Of a stretch of 64,000 nt of DNA, positions 15,701 to 29,220 are shown one piece after another; the first letter of the stretch is position 1; each line of letters begins with the position of its first letter. The notes under the pieces were generated by a model. It searched no databases, was not told the origin of the DNA, and was given only the letters and a program-made list of their open reading frames with translations. The translations under genes were made by a program, and so were the position numbers. The stretch comes from the human T2T-CHM13v2.0 reference genome, Homo sapiens. The DNA lies in assembly GCF_009914755.1 (NCBI RefSeq), contig NC_060940.1; one strand, written 5' to 3'.

Positions 15701-18170
15701 GATTACATTGGATTCCATTCTATGATACCATTCGATTCCATTCAATGATGATTCCACTCAAATCCATTGGATGATTCCATTCGTGTCCATTCGGTGATTT
15801 CATTAGATTCCATTCGAGGATGATTCCATTCGATTCCATTCGATGATGATTCCATTCCAGTCCATATGATCATTCCATTTGATTTCATTCGATGATGATT
15901 CCATTCGATTCCATTCGACGATTCCATTCTATTCCATTCGATGATGATTCCATTCGAGTCCATTCGATGATTCCATTCGAGTCCATTTAATGATTCCATT
16001 GGGTTCAATTCAATGATGATTACATTGGATTCCGTTCTATGATTCCATTCAATTCCGTTCATTGACAATTTGATTCCATTCGATGATGATTCCATTTGAG
16101 TTCATTCGATGATTCTATTCGATTCTCTTCGATGGTGATTCAATTCTATTATATTGGATGATTCCATTCGATTCCATTTGATGTTGATTCAATTCGATTC
16201 TATTCGATGATGATTCCATTGGATTTCACTTGATGATTCTATTCGATTCCATTCAATGATGATTCACTTCTCGTCCATTGGATGATTCCATTTCATTCCA
16301 TTCGATGATGATTCCATTCGAATCCATTCGATGATTCCATTTGATTCCATGCGATGATTCTATTCGATTCCATTCAATGATAATTCCATTCAATTCAGTG
16401 ATTCCTCTGGACTCCATTTGATGATGATTCCATTCAATGATTCCATTCGATTCTATTCGAAAATGATTCCATTTGAATCCATTTGATGATGATTCCATTA
16501 GATTCCATTTGATGATTCCATTCGATTCCATTCGACGATGATTCCATTCGATTCCGTTTGATGATTCCATTCTATTCTATTCGATGATGATTCCATTCGA
16601 TTCCATTCGATGATGATTGGATTCGATTCCATTTGATGATTTCATTTGATTCCATTCGTTAATGATTTCGATCAATTCCATTCGATGATTCCATTCGATT
16701 CCATTCGATAATGATTACATCCGAGTCCATTCGATGATTCCCTTTGAGCCTGTTCGATAATTCCATTTGAGTCCAACCAATGATTCCATTCATTTCCATT
16801 CAATGATTCCATTCGAGTCCATTTGATCATTCCGGTAGGGTCCATTCGATGTTGATTCCATTGGAGTGCATTCGATGATTCCATTCGAGTCCATTTTAGG
16901 ATTTGATTCGAGTCCTTTCGATGATTCCATTCGATTCCACTCGATGATGATTTCATTCGAGTCCATTCGACACTTCCAATCGATTCCATTTGATGATTCC
17001 ATTCGAGTCCAATTGATGATTCCATTCAATTCCATTCGATGATGATTCCGTACGATTCCATTCTGTGATGATTCCATGTGATTGCATTCAATGATGATTC
17101 CTTTCGATTGCATTCGATTATGATTCATTTCGTGTTCATTCTATGGTTCCACAGGTTTCCATTCGTGTCCATTCCATTATTCCATTCTATTCCATTTGAT
17201 GATGATTCCATTCGATTCAATTCATTGGTGATTCCACTCAATTCCATTCAATGATTCCATTCCATTTCTTTCAACAATGATTCCATTAGTATCTAATCGA
17301 TGATCCACTTGATTCCATTTGACGACGATTCCATTCTTGTCCATTCGATGATTCCATTTGATTCCATATGATGATGATTCCATTCGATTCCATACGATGG
17401 TGATTCCATTCGAGTCCATTCAATGGTGATTCCATTCAATTCCATTCGATGATTCCTTTCGATTCCATTCGATGATGATGGCATTCGATTCCTTTCAATC
17501 ATTCCCTTTGATTCCATTCAAAGGTGATTTCATTCAAGTCCATTCGATAATTGCATTCGATTCCATTCTATGATGATTCCATTCGAGTCCATTTGATGAT
17601 TCCATTCAATTCAAGTCAATGATGATTCCATTCGATTCCATTCGATGATTCCATTGGATTCCATTCGATGATGATTCCAATCGAATCCATTCAAAGATTC
17701 CATTCAGTTCCATTCGATGATTCCCTTAGATTCCATTCGATGATTCCACTTGATTGCATTTACGATGATTCCATTCGATTCCATGTGATGATTCCATTCA
17801 ATTCTATTCAATGATGTCTCCATTTGATTCCATTCGACCATGATTGCCTTTGATTCCATTCAATGATTCCATTCGGTTCCGTTTGATGATGATTCCGTTC
17901 GATTCCATTTGATGATTCCATTTGATTCCATTGGATGAGTCCATTCGATTACATTCGATGATTATTCCATTCGAGTGCATTAGATGATTCCATTCGAGTC
18001 CATTCGATGATTCCATTCGATTCCATTCGATGTTGATTCTGTTCAAATCCATTCGATGATTCCACTCGATTCCATTCGATGACTCCATTTGATCCCATTC
18101 GATGATTTCCTTTGATTCCCTTTGATGATCATTCCATTTGATTCAATTCGGTGATTTCATTTGATTCCAT
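12741..18170 (+). repeat. Higher-order unit 3, 5430 bp (6112 minus 23, 610 and 49 bp deletions)
   Basis: Offsets to unit 1 step 12222 -> 12199 -> 11589 -> 11540, with junctions visible at ~15840, 16334-16354 and ~17670. Confidence 0.92.
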
Positions 18171-21100
18171 TCAGTGATGTTTCCATTCGACTCCATTCGA
18201 TGATGATTCCATTCGACTCCATTCGATTATGATTTCATTCAATTCCATTCGATAATGATTCCCTTCGAGTCCATTCGATGATTCCATTCGATTCCATTCA
18301 ACGATGATTTGATTCGTGTCCATTCGATGATTCCATTTGATTCCACTTGATGATGATTCCATTCGAGTCCATTTGATGATTCCATTCAATTCCATACTCC
18401 GATGATTTCTTTTGAGCCCACTCAATGCTTCCACTCGATTCCATATGATGATGACTCCATTCGATGAAATTCGATGATGATTCCACTTGAGTCCGTTAGA
18501 AGATTCTATTCAATTACATTCCAGGACGATTCCGTTCGAGTCCATTTGATGATTCCATTAGACTCCATTCGACTATGATTCCATTCGATGTTATTAGATG
18601 ATTCCATTCGATCTCATTCGATGATGATTCCATTCAACTCCATTCGATGTTTCCATTCGAGTTCATTCTATTATTCCATTAGATTCCATTCGATGATGAT
18701 TCCATTCGATTCCATTTGATGATTGCATTCTATTTCATTTGATGATGATTCCATTCGAGTCCACTCGATGATTCCATTCGAGTCCATTTAATGAATCCAT
18801 TGGTTTCAATTCTATGATGATTACATTGGATTTCATTCGTTGATGATTTCATTCGGTTCCATTCAATGATGATTCCATTCAATTCCTTTCAATGTTTCCA
18901 TTCAATTCCATACGATGATGATTCCATTTGATTTGATTCGACAGTGAGCCATTCGATTCAATTCCATGATGATTCTATTTGATTCAATTGGTTGACATTT
19001 CCATTCGATTCCATTCGATGATGATTCCCTTTGATTCCATTCAAAGATGATTCCATTCTAGCCCATTCAATCATTCCATTCGATTCTATTCAATGATGAT
19101 TCCATTCATGTCGATTTGGTGATTCCACTTGACTTCATTTGATGATGATTCCTTTCAAGTTCATTAGATGATTCCATTCGATTCCATTTGATGATGATCC
19201 CATTCGAGTCCATTCAGTGATTCCATTCGTTTCCATTCCATGATGATTCCATTCCATTCCATTCAATGATTCCATTCGATTCCGTTTGATGATGATTTCA
19301 TTCGAGTCCATTTAATGATTCCATTTGATTCCATTCGATGATGATTCCATTGGAGTCCATTCGATGATTCTATTCGAATCCATTTGATGATTTCTTTTGA
19401 TTATAGTTGGTGAAGATTCCATTGGAGTCCATTCAATGATTCCATTCGATTCCAATCGATGATGATTCCATTAGAGTCCATTTAATGTTTCCATTTGATT
19501 CCAGTCTCTGATGATTACATTCGAGTCCATACGATGATTCCACTCAATTCCATATGATGATGATTCCATTCGATTCCATTCGGTGATTCCATTCTATTCT
19601 ATTCAATGGTGATTCCATTCGAGTACATTAGATGATTCCATTCGATTCCATTCAATGATGATTCTATTTGTGTCCCTTAGATGATTCCACATGATTCCAT
19701 TAGATGACGATACTATTTGAGCCCATCCAATGATTCCCTTCGATTCCATTCGATGAGGATTCCATTCGATTCAATTCATTGGTGATTCTATTCAATTCAA
19801 TTCTTTGATTCCATTCCATTCCATTCGACAATGATTCCATTCGATTTCTTTCGATGATTCCACTCGATTCCACTTGACATTGATTCCCTTCGATTCCATT
19901 CAATGATTCCATTTGATTCCAGTGGATGATGATTGTCATCGATTCCATTCGATAACTCCATTCTATTCCATTTGATGATGATTACATTCGATTCCATTTG
20001 ATGATTCCATCTGATTCTATTCGAGGATTCCATTTGATTCCATTCGATGATGATTCCATTCGAGTCCATTCGATGATTTCATTCGAGTACATCCAATGAT
20101 TCCATTCGAGTCCATTAGATGATTCCATTTGATTCCATTTGATAATGATTCTACTAGAGTCCATTCAATGACTCCATTGGAGTCCATTCAACAATTCCAT
20201 TCGACTCCATTCGATGATTCCATTGGATTCCATTTGATGATTCCATTCGAGTCCATTTAATCATTACAGTCGAGTCCATTTGGTGATTCCACTGGATTTC
20301 TTTTGATAATGATACCATTCAATTACATTTGATGATGATCCCATTCAATTTCATTTGATGATGATTCCATTAGAGTCCATTCGATGATTTCATTCGAGTC
20401 CCTTCATTGATTCCATCCGATTTCATTGGATGATGACTCCATTCGAGTCCATTCGATGATTCCACTCGATTCCATTAGATGATTCCATTGGAGTCCATTT
20501 GATTGTTCCATTCGATTCCATTCGATTCCTTTCGAAGATTATTCCATTTGAGTCCATTCGATGATGATTCCATTCCATTCCATTCGATGATTCCGTTTGA
20601 TTCCATTCGATGATTCCCTTCGATTCCTTTCTTTGATGATTCCATTCCATTCCATTCAATGATTCCATTCGAATCTATTCCATGATGATTCCTTTCGATT
20701 CCATTCGCTGATGTTTCCGTTCAATTCCATTCGATGATGATTCCATTCGATTCCATTCATTGAGGATTCCATTTGATTCCATTCAATGATGATTCCGTTC
20801 TATTCCATTCAATGATTGTATTCAATTCCATTCAGTGATTATCCCCTTAGAGTAAACTCAACGATTCCATTCAATACCATTCGATGATGATTCCTTTTGA
20901 GTCCATTCAATGATTTCATTCAAGTCCATTTGATGATTCCTTTCAATTCCATTCTATGATGATTCCATTCGAGTCCATTCGATGATTCCATTCGATTACA
21001 TTCGATGATTCCATTATATTCCAGTCAACGATGATTCCATTCGAGTCCATTCGATGATTGCATTAGAGTACATTTAATGATTGCTTTGTTTTCAATTCGA

Positions 21101-24100
21101 AGATGATTACATTGGATTCCATTCTATGATACCATTCGATTCCATTCAATGATGATTCCACTCAAATCCATTGGATGATTCCATTCGTGTCCATTCGGTG
21201 ATTTCATTAGATTCCATTCGAGGATGATTCCTTTCGATTCCATTCGATGATTCCATTCAATTCCATTCGATGATGATTCCATTCGAGTCCATATGATCAT
21301 TCCATTTAATTTCATTCGATGATGATTTCATTCGATTCCATTCGACGATTCCATTCTATTCCATTCGATGATGATTCCATTCGAGTCCATTCGATGATTC
21401 CATTCGAGTCCATTTAATGATTCCATTGGGTTCAATTCAATGATGATTACATTGGATTCCGTTCTATGATTCCATTCAATTCCGTTCATTGACAATTTGA
21501 TTCCATTCGATGATGATTCCATTTGAGTTCATTCGATGATTCTATTCGATTCTCTTCGATGGTGATTCAATTCTATTATATTGGATGATTCCATTCGATT
21601 CCATTTGATGTTGATTCAATTCGATTCTATTCGATGATGATTCCATTGGATTTCACTTGATGATTCTATTCGATTCCATTCAATGATGATTCACTTCTCG
21701 TCCATTGGATGATTCCATTTCATTCCATTCGATGATGATTCCATTCGATTCCATTCGATGATTCCATTTGATTCCATGTGACGGTGAGCAATTCGATTCA
21801 ATTACATGATGATTCTATTTGATTCAATTAGATGATGTTTCCATTCGAATCCATTCCATGATTATTCCATTGGAATCCATTCGGCGATGATTCCATATGA
21901 GTCAATTCAATGATGATTCCATATGGGTCCGTTCGATGATAATTCCATTTGATTTCATTCGGTGCTTCTATTCAATTCCAGTTGATGATGATTCCGTTGG
22001 AGTCCATACGATGATTCCATTTGATTTCATTTGATGATGATTCCATTCGATTCCATTCGATGATGATTACATTGCATTCCATTATATGATTCCATTCAAT
22101 TCCATTCGTTGATGATTCGATTCCCTTCAATGATGATTCCACTTGAGTTCATTCGATTATTCTATTCGATTCCGTTCGATGGTGATTCAATTCTATTATA
22201 TTGGATGATTCCACTCGATTCCATTTGATGATTATTCCATTGGAGTCCCCTTAGTGAATCCTTTAGATTCTACTCGAAGATGATTCCATTCGAGTCCATT
22301 CGATGATACCATTCAATTCCATTCGTTGATGCTTCCATTCAAGTGCATTCGATGATATCATTCGATTCCATTTGATGATAATTCCATTTGATTCCATGCG
22401 ATGATTCTATTCGATTCCATTCAATGATAATTCCATTCAATTCAGTGATTCCTCTGGACTCCATTTGATGATGATTCCATTCAATGATTCCATTCGATTC
22501 TATTCGAAAATGATTCCATTTGAATCCATTTGATGATGATTCCATTAGATTCCATTTGATGATTCCATTCGATTACATTCGACGATGATTCCATTTGATT
22601 CCATTTGATGATTCCATTCTATTCTATTCGATGATGATTCCATTCGATTCCATTCGATGATGATTGGATTCGATTCCATTTGATGACTTCATTTGATTCC
22701 ATTCGTTAATGATTTCGATCAATTCCATTCGATGATTCCATTAGATTCCATTCGATAATGATTACATCCGAGTCCATTCGATGATTCCATTTGAGCCCGT
22801 TCGATAATTCCATTTGAGTCCAATCAATGATTCCATTCATTTCCATTCAATGATTCCATTCGAGTCCATTTGATCATTCCGGTAGGGTCCATTCGATGTT
22901 GATTCCATTGGAGTGCATTCGATGATTCCACTCGAGTCCATTTTAGGATTTGATACGAGTCCTTTCGATGATTCCATTCGACTCCACTCGATGATGATTT
23001 CATTCGAGTCCATTCGACACTTCCAATCGATTCCATTTGATGTTTCCTTTCGAGTCCAATTGATGATTCCATTCAATTCCATTCGATGATGATTCCGTAC
23101 GGTTCCATTCTGTGATGATTCCATGTGATTGCATTCAATGATGATTCCTTTCGATTGCATTCGATTATGATTCATTTCGTGTTCATTCTATGGTTCCACA
23201 GGTTTCCAATCGTGTCCATTCCATTATTCCATTCTATTCCATTTGATGATGATTCCATTCGATTCCATTCATTGGTGATTCCACTCAATTCCATTCAATG
23301 ATTCCATTCCATTTCTTTCAACAATGATTCCATTACTTTCTAATCGATGATCCACTTGATTCCATTTGACGACGATTCCATTCTTGTCCATTCGATGATT
23401 CCATTTGATTCCATATGATGATGATTCCATTCGATTCCATACGATGATGATTCCATTCGAGTCCATTCAATGGTGATTCCATTCAATTCCATTCGATGAT
23501 TCCTTTCGATTCCATCCGATGATGATGGCATTCGATTCCTTTCAATCATTCCCTTTGATTCCATTCAAAGGTGATTTCATTCAAGTCCATTCGATAATTG
23601 CATTCGATTCCATTCTATGATGATTCCATTCGAGTCTATTTGATGATTCCATTCAATTCAAGTCAATGATGATTCCATTCGATTCCATTCGATGATTCCA
23701 TGGGATTTCATTCGATGATAATTCCATTCAAATCCTTTCGATAATTCAATTCAAGTCCATTCGATGATGATTCCAATCGAATCCATTCAAAGATTCCATT
23801 CAGTTCCATTCGATGATTCCCTTAGATTCCATTCGATGATTCCACTTGATTCCATTTACGATGATTCCATTCGATTCCATGTGATGATTCCATTCAATTC
23901 TATTCAATGATGTTTCCATTTGATTCCATTCGACCATGATTGCCTTTGATTCCATTCAATGATTCCATTCGGTTCCTTTTGATGATGATTCCGTTCGATT
24001 CCATTTGATGATTCCATTTGATTCCATTGGATGAGTCCATTCGATTACATTCGATGATAATTCCATTCGAGTGCATTAGATGATTCCATTCGAGTCCATT

Positions 24101-24266
24101 CGATGATTCCATTCGATTCCATTCGATGTTGATTCTGTTCAAATCCATTCGATGATTCCACTCGATTCCATTCGATGACTCCATTTGATCCCATTCGATG
24201 ATTTCCTGTGATTCCCTTTGATGATCATTCCATTTGATGCAATTCGGTGATTTCATTGGATTCCAT
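18171..24266 (+). repeat. Higher-order unit 4, 6096 bp (-26 bp at ~18478, +10 bp at ~22045)
   Basis: Offsets to unit 1 step 17652 -> 17626 -> 17636. The CGCTTGCTTT monomer is missing at ~18480 and there is an extra TTCCATTCGA at ~22041-22060. Confidence 0.92.
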
Positions 24267-27200
24267 TCAGTGATGTTTCCATTCGACTCCATTCGATGAT
24301 GATTCCATTCGACTCCATTCGATTATGATTTCATTCAATTCCATTCGATAATGATTCCCTTCGAGTCCATTCGATGATTCCATTCGATTCCATTCAACGA
24401 TGATTTGATTCGTGTCCATTCGATGATTCCATTTGATTCCACTTGATGATGATTCCATTCCAGTCCATTTGATGATTCCATTCAATTCCATTCTCCGATG
24501 ATTTCTTTTGAGCCCATTCAATGCTTCCACTCGATTCCATATGATGATGACTCCATTCGATGAAATTCGATGATGATTCCATTCGCTTGCTTTCGATGAT
24601 GATTCCACTTGAGTCCGTTAGAAGATTCTATTCAATTACATTCCATGACGATTCCGTTCGAGTCCATTTGATGATTCCATTAGACTCCATTCGACGATGA
24701 TTCCATTCGATGTTATTCGATGATTCCATTCGATCTCATTCGTTGATGATTCCATTCAACTCCATTCGATGTTTCCATTCGAGTTCATTCTATTATTCCA
24801 TTAGATTACATTCGATGATGTTTCCATTCGTTTCCATTTGATGATTGCATTCTATTTCATTTGATGATGATTCCATTCGAGTCCACTCGATGATTCCATT
24901 CGAGTCCATTTAATGAATCCATTGGTTTCAATTCTATGATGATTACATTGGATTCCGTTCGTTGATGATTTCATTCGGTTCCATTCAATGATGATTCTAT
25001 ACAATTCCTTTCAATGTTTCCATTCAATTCCATACGATGATGATTCCATTTGATTTGATTCGACAGTGAGCCATTCGATTCAATTCCATGATGATTCTAT
25101 TTTATTCAATTGGTTGACATTTCCATTCGATTCCATTCGATGATGATTCCCTTTGATTCCATTCAAAGATGATTCCATTCTAGCCCATTCAATCATTCCA
25201 TTCGATTCTATTCAATGATGATTCCATTCATGTCGCTTTGGTGATTCCATTTGACTTCATTTGATGATGATTCCTTTCAAGTTCATTAGATGATTCCATT
25301 CGATTCCATTTGATGATGATCCCATTCGAGTCCATTCAGTGATTCCATTCGTTTCCATTCCATGATGATTCCATTCCATTCCATTCAATGTTTCCATTCG
25401 ATTCTGTTTGATGATGATTTCATTCGAGTCCATTTGATGATTCCATTTGATTCCATTCGATGATGATTCCATTCGAGTCCATTCGATGATTCTATTCGAA
25501 TCCACTTGATGATTTCTTTTCATTATAGTTGGTGATGATTCCTTTGGAGTCCATTCAATGATTCCATTCGATTCCAATCGATGGTGATTCCATTAGAGTC
25601 CATTTAATGATTCCATTTGATTCCAGTCTCTGATGATTACATTCGAGTCCATACGATGATTCCACTCAATTCCATATGATGATGATTCCATTCGATTCCA
25701 TTCGATGATTCCATTCTATTCTATTCAATGGTGATTCCATTCGAGTACATTAGATGATTCCATTCGATTCCATTCAATGATGATTCTATTTGTGTCCCTT
25801 AGATGATTCCACATGATTCCATTAGATGATGATACTATTTGAGCCCATCCAATGATTCCCTTCGATTCCATTCGATGAGGATTCCATTCGATTCAATTCA
25901 TTGGTGGTTCTATTCAATTCAATTCTTTGATTCCATTGCATTCCATTCGACAATGATTCCATTCGATTTCTTTTGATGATTCCACTCGATTCCACTTGAC
26001 ATTGATTCCATTCGATTCCATTCAATGATTCCATTTGATTCCAGTGGATGATGATTGCCATCGATTCCATTCGATCACTCCATTCTATTCCATTTGATGA
26101 TGATTACATTCGATTCCATTTGATGATTCCATCTGATTCTATTCGAGGATTCCATTTGATTCCATTCGCTGATGATTCCATTCGAGTCCATTCGATGATT
26201 TCATTCGAGTACATCCAATGATTCCATTCGAGTCCATTTGATGATTCCATTTGATTCCATTTGATTATGATTCTACTAGAGTCCATTCAATGACTCCATT
26301 CGAGTCCATTCAACAATTCCATTCGACTCCATTCGATGATTCCATTCGATTCCATTTGATGATTCCATTCAAGTCCATTTAATCATTACAGTCGAGCCCA
26401 TTTGGTGATTCCACTGGATTTCTTTTGATAATGATACCATTCCATTACATTTGATGATGATCCCATTCAATTTCATTTGATGATGATTCCATTAGAGTCC
26501 ATTCGATGATTTCATTCGAGTCCCTTCATTGATTCCATCCGATTTCATTGGATGATGACTCCAATCGAGTCCATTCGATGATTCCACTCGATTCCATTAG
26601 ATGATTCCATTGGAGTCCATTTGATTGTTCCATTCGATTCCATTCGATTCCTTTCGAAGATTATTCCATTTGAGTCCATTCGATGATGATTCCATTCCAT
26701 TCCATTCGATGATTCCGTTTGATTCCATTCGATGATTCCCTTCGATTCCTTTCTTTGATGATTCCATTCCATTCCATTCAATGATTCCATTCGAATCTAT
26801 TCCATGATGATTCCTTTCGATTCCATTCGCTGATGTTTCCGTTCAATTCCATTCGATGATGATTCCATTCGATTCCATTCATTGAGGATTCCATTTCATT
26901 CCATTCAATGATGATTCCATTCTATTCCATTCAATGATTGCATTCAATTCCATTCAATGATCATCCCCTTAGAGTAAACTCAACGATTCCATTCAATACC
27001 ATTCGATGATGATTCCTTTTGAGTCCATTCAATGATTTCATTCAAGTCCATTTGATGATTCCTTTCAATTCCATTCTATGATGATTCCATTCGAGTCCAT
27101 TCGATGATTCCATTCGATTACATTCGACGATTCCATTATATTCCATTCAACGATGATTCCATTCGAGTCCATTCGATGATTCCAATACAGTACATTTAAT

Positions 27201-29220
27201 GATTGCTTTGTTTTCAATTCGAAGATGATTACATTGGATTCCATTCTATGATACCATTCGATTCCATTCAATGATGATTCCACTCAAATCCATTGGATGA
27301 TTCCATTCGTGTCCATTCGGTGATTTCATTAGATTCCATTCGAGGATGATTCCTTTCGATTCCATTCGATGATTCCATTCAATTCCATTCGATGATGATT
27401 CCATTCGAGTCCATATGATCATTCCATTTGATTTCATTCGATGATGATTCCATTCGATTCCATTCGATGATTCCATTCTATTCCATTCGATGATGATTCC
27501 ATTCGAGTCCATTCGATGATTCCATTCGAGTCCATTTAATGATTCCATTGGGTTCAATTCAATGATGATTACATTGGATTCCGTTCTATGATTCCATTCA
27601 ATTCCGTTCATTGACAATTTGATTCCATTCGATGATGATTCCATTTGAGTTCATTCGATGATTCTATTCGATTCTCTTCGATGGTGATTCAATTCTATTA
27701 TATTGGATGAATCCATTCGATTCCATTTGATGTTGAGTCAATTCGATTCTATTCGATGATGATTCCATTGGATTTCACTTGATGATTCTATTCGATTCCA
27801 TTCAATGATGATTCACTTCTCGTCCATTGGATGATTCTATTTCATTCCATTCGATGATGATTCCATTCGATTCCATTCGATGATTCCATTTGATTCCATG
27901 TGACGGTGAGCAATTCGATTCAATTCCATGATGATTCTATTTGATTCAATTAGATGATGTTTCCATTCGAATCCATTCCATGATTATTCCATTGGAATCC
28001 ATTCGGCGATGATTCCATATGAGTCAATTCAATGATGATTCCATATGGGTCCGTTCGATGATAATTCCATTTGATTTCATTCGATGCTTCTATTCTATTC
28101 CAGTCGATGATGATTCCGTTGGAGTCCATACGATGATTCCATTTGATTTCATTTGATGATGATTCCATTTGATGATGATTACATTGGATTCCATTCTATG
28201 ATTCCATTCAATTCCATTCGTTGATGATTCGATTCCATTCAATGATGATTCCATTTGAGTTCATTCGATGATTCTGTTCGATTCCGTTCGATGGTGATTC
28301 AATTCTCTTATATTGGATGATTCCACTCGATTCCATTTGATGATTATTCCATTGGAGTCCACTTAGTGAATCCTTTAGATTCTACTCGAAGATGATTTCA
28401 CTCGAGTCCATTCGATGATACTATTCAATTCCATTCGTTGATGCTTCCATTCAAGTGCATTCGATGATATCATTCGATTCCATTTGATGATAATTCCATT
28501 TGATTCCATGCGATGATTCTATTCGATTCCATTCAATGATAATTCCATTCAATTCAGTGATTCCTCTGGACTCCATTTGATGATGATTCCGTTCAATGAT
28601 TCCATTCGATTCTATTCGAAAATGATTCCATTTGAATCCATTTGATGATGATTCCATTGGATTCCATTTGATGATTCCATTCGATTGCATTCGACGATTA
28701 TTCCATTCAATTCCATTTGATGATTCCATTCTATTCTATTCGATGATGATTCCATTCGATTCCATTCGATGATGATTGGATTCGATTCCATTTGATTATT
28801 TCATTTCATTCCATTCGTTAATGATTTCGATCAATTCCATTCAATGATTCCATTCGATTCCATTCGATAATGATTACATCCGAGTCCATTCGATGATTCC
28901 ATTTGAGCCTGTTCGATAATTCCATTTGAGTCCAACCAATGATTCCATTCATTTCCATTCAATGATTCCATTCGAGTCCATTTGATCATTCCGGTAGGGT
29001 CCATTCGATGTTGATTCCATTGGAGTGCATTAGATGATTCCATTCGAATCCATTCGATGATTCCATTCGATTCCATTCGATGTTGATTCTGTTCAAATCC
29101 ATTCGATGATTCCACTCGATTCCATTCGATGACTCCATTTGATCCCATTCGATGATTTCCTTTGATTCCCTTTGATGATCATTCCATTTGATTCAATTCG
29201 GTGATTTCATTTGATTCCAT
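24267..29220 (+). repeat. Transitional unit 5, 4954 bp (full-length until the 1158-bp deletion A junction at 29023-29031)
   Basis: Colinear with unit 1 at offset 23748 until TGGAGTGCATT, then jumps to the sequence following CGAGTGCATT (unit-1 position 6433). Confidence 0.92.
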
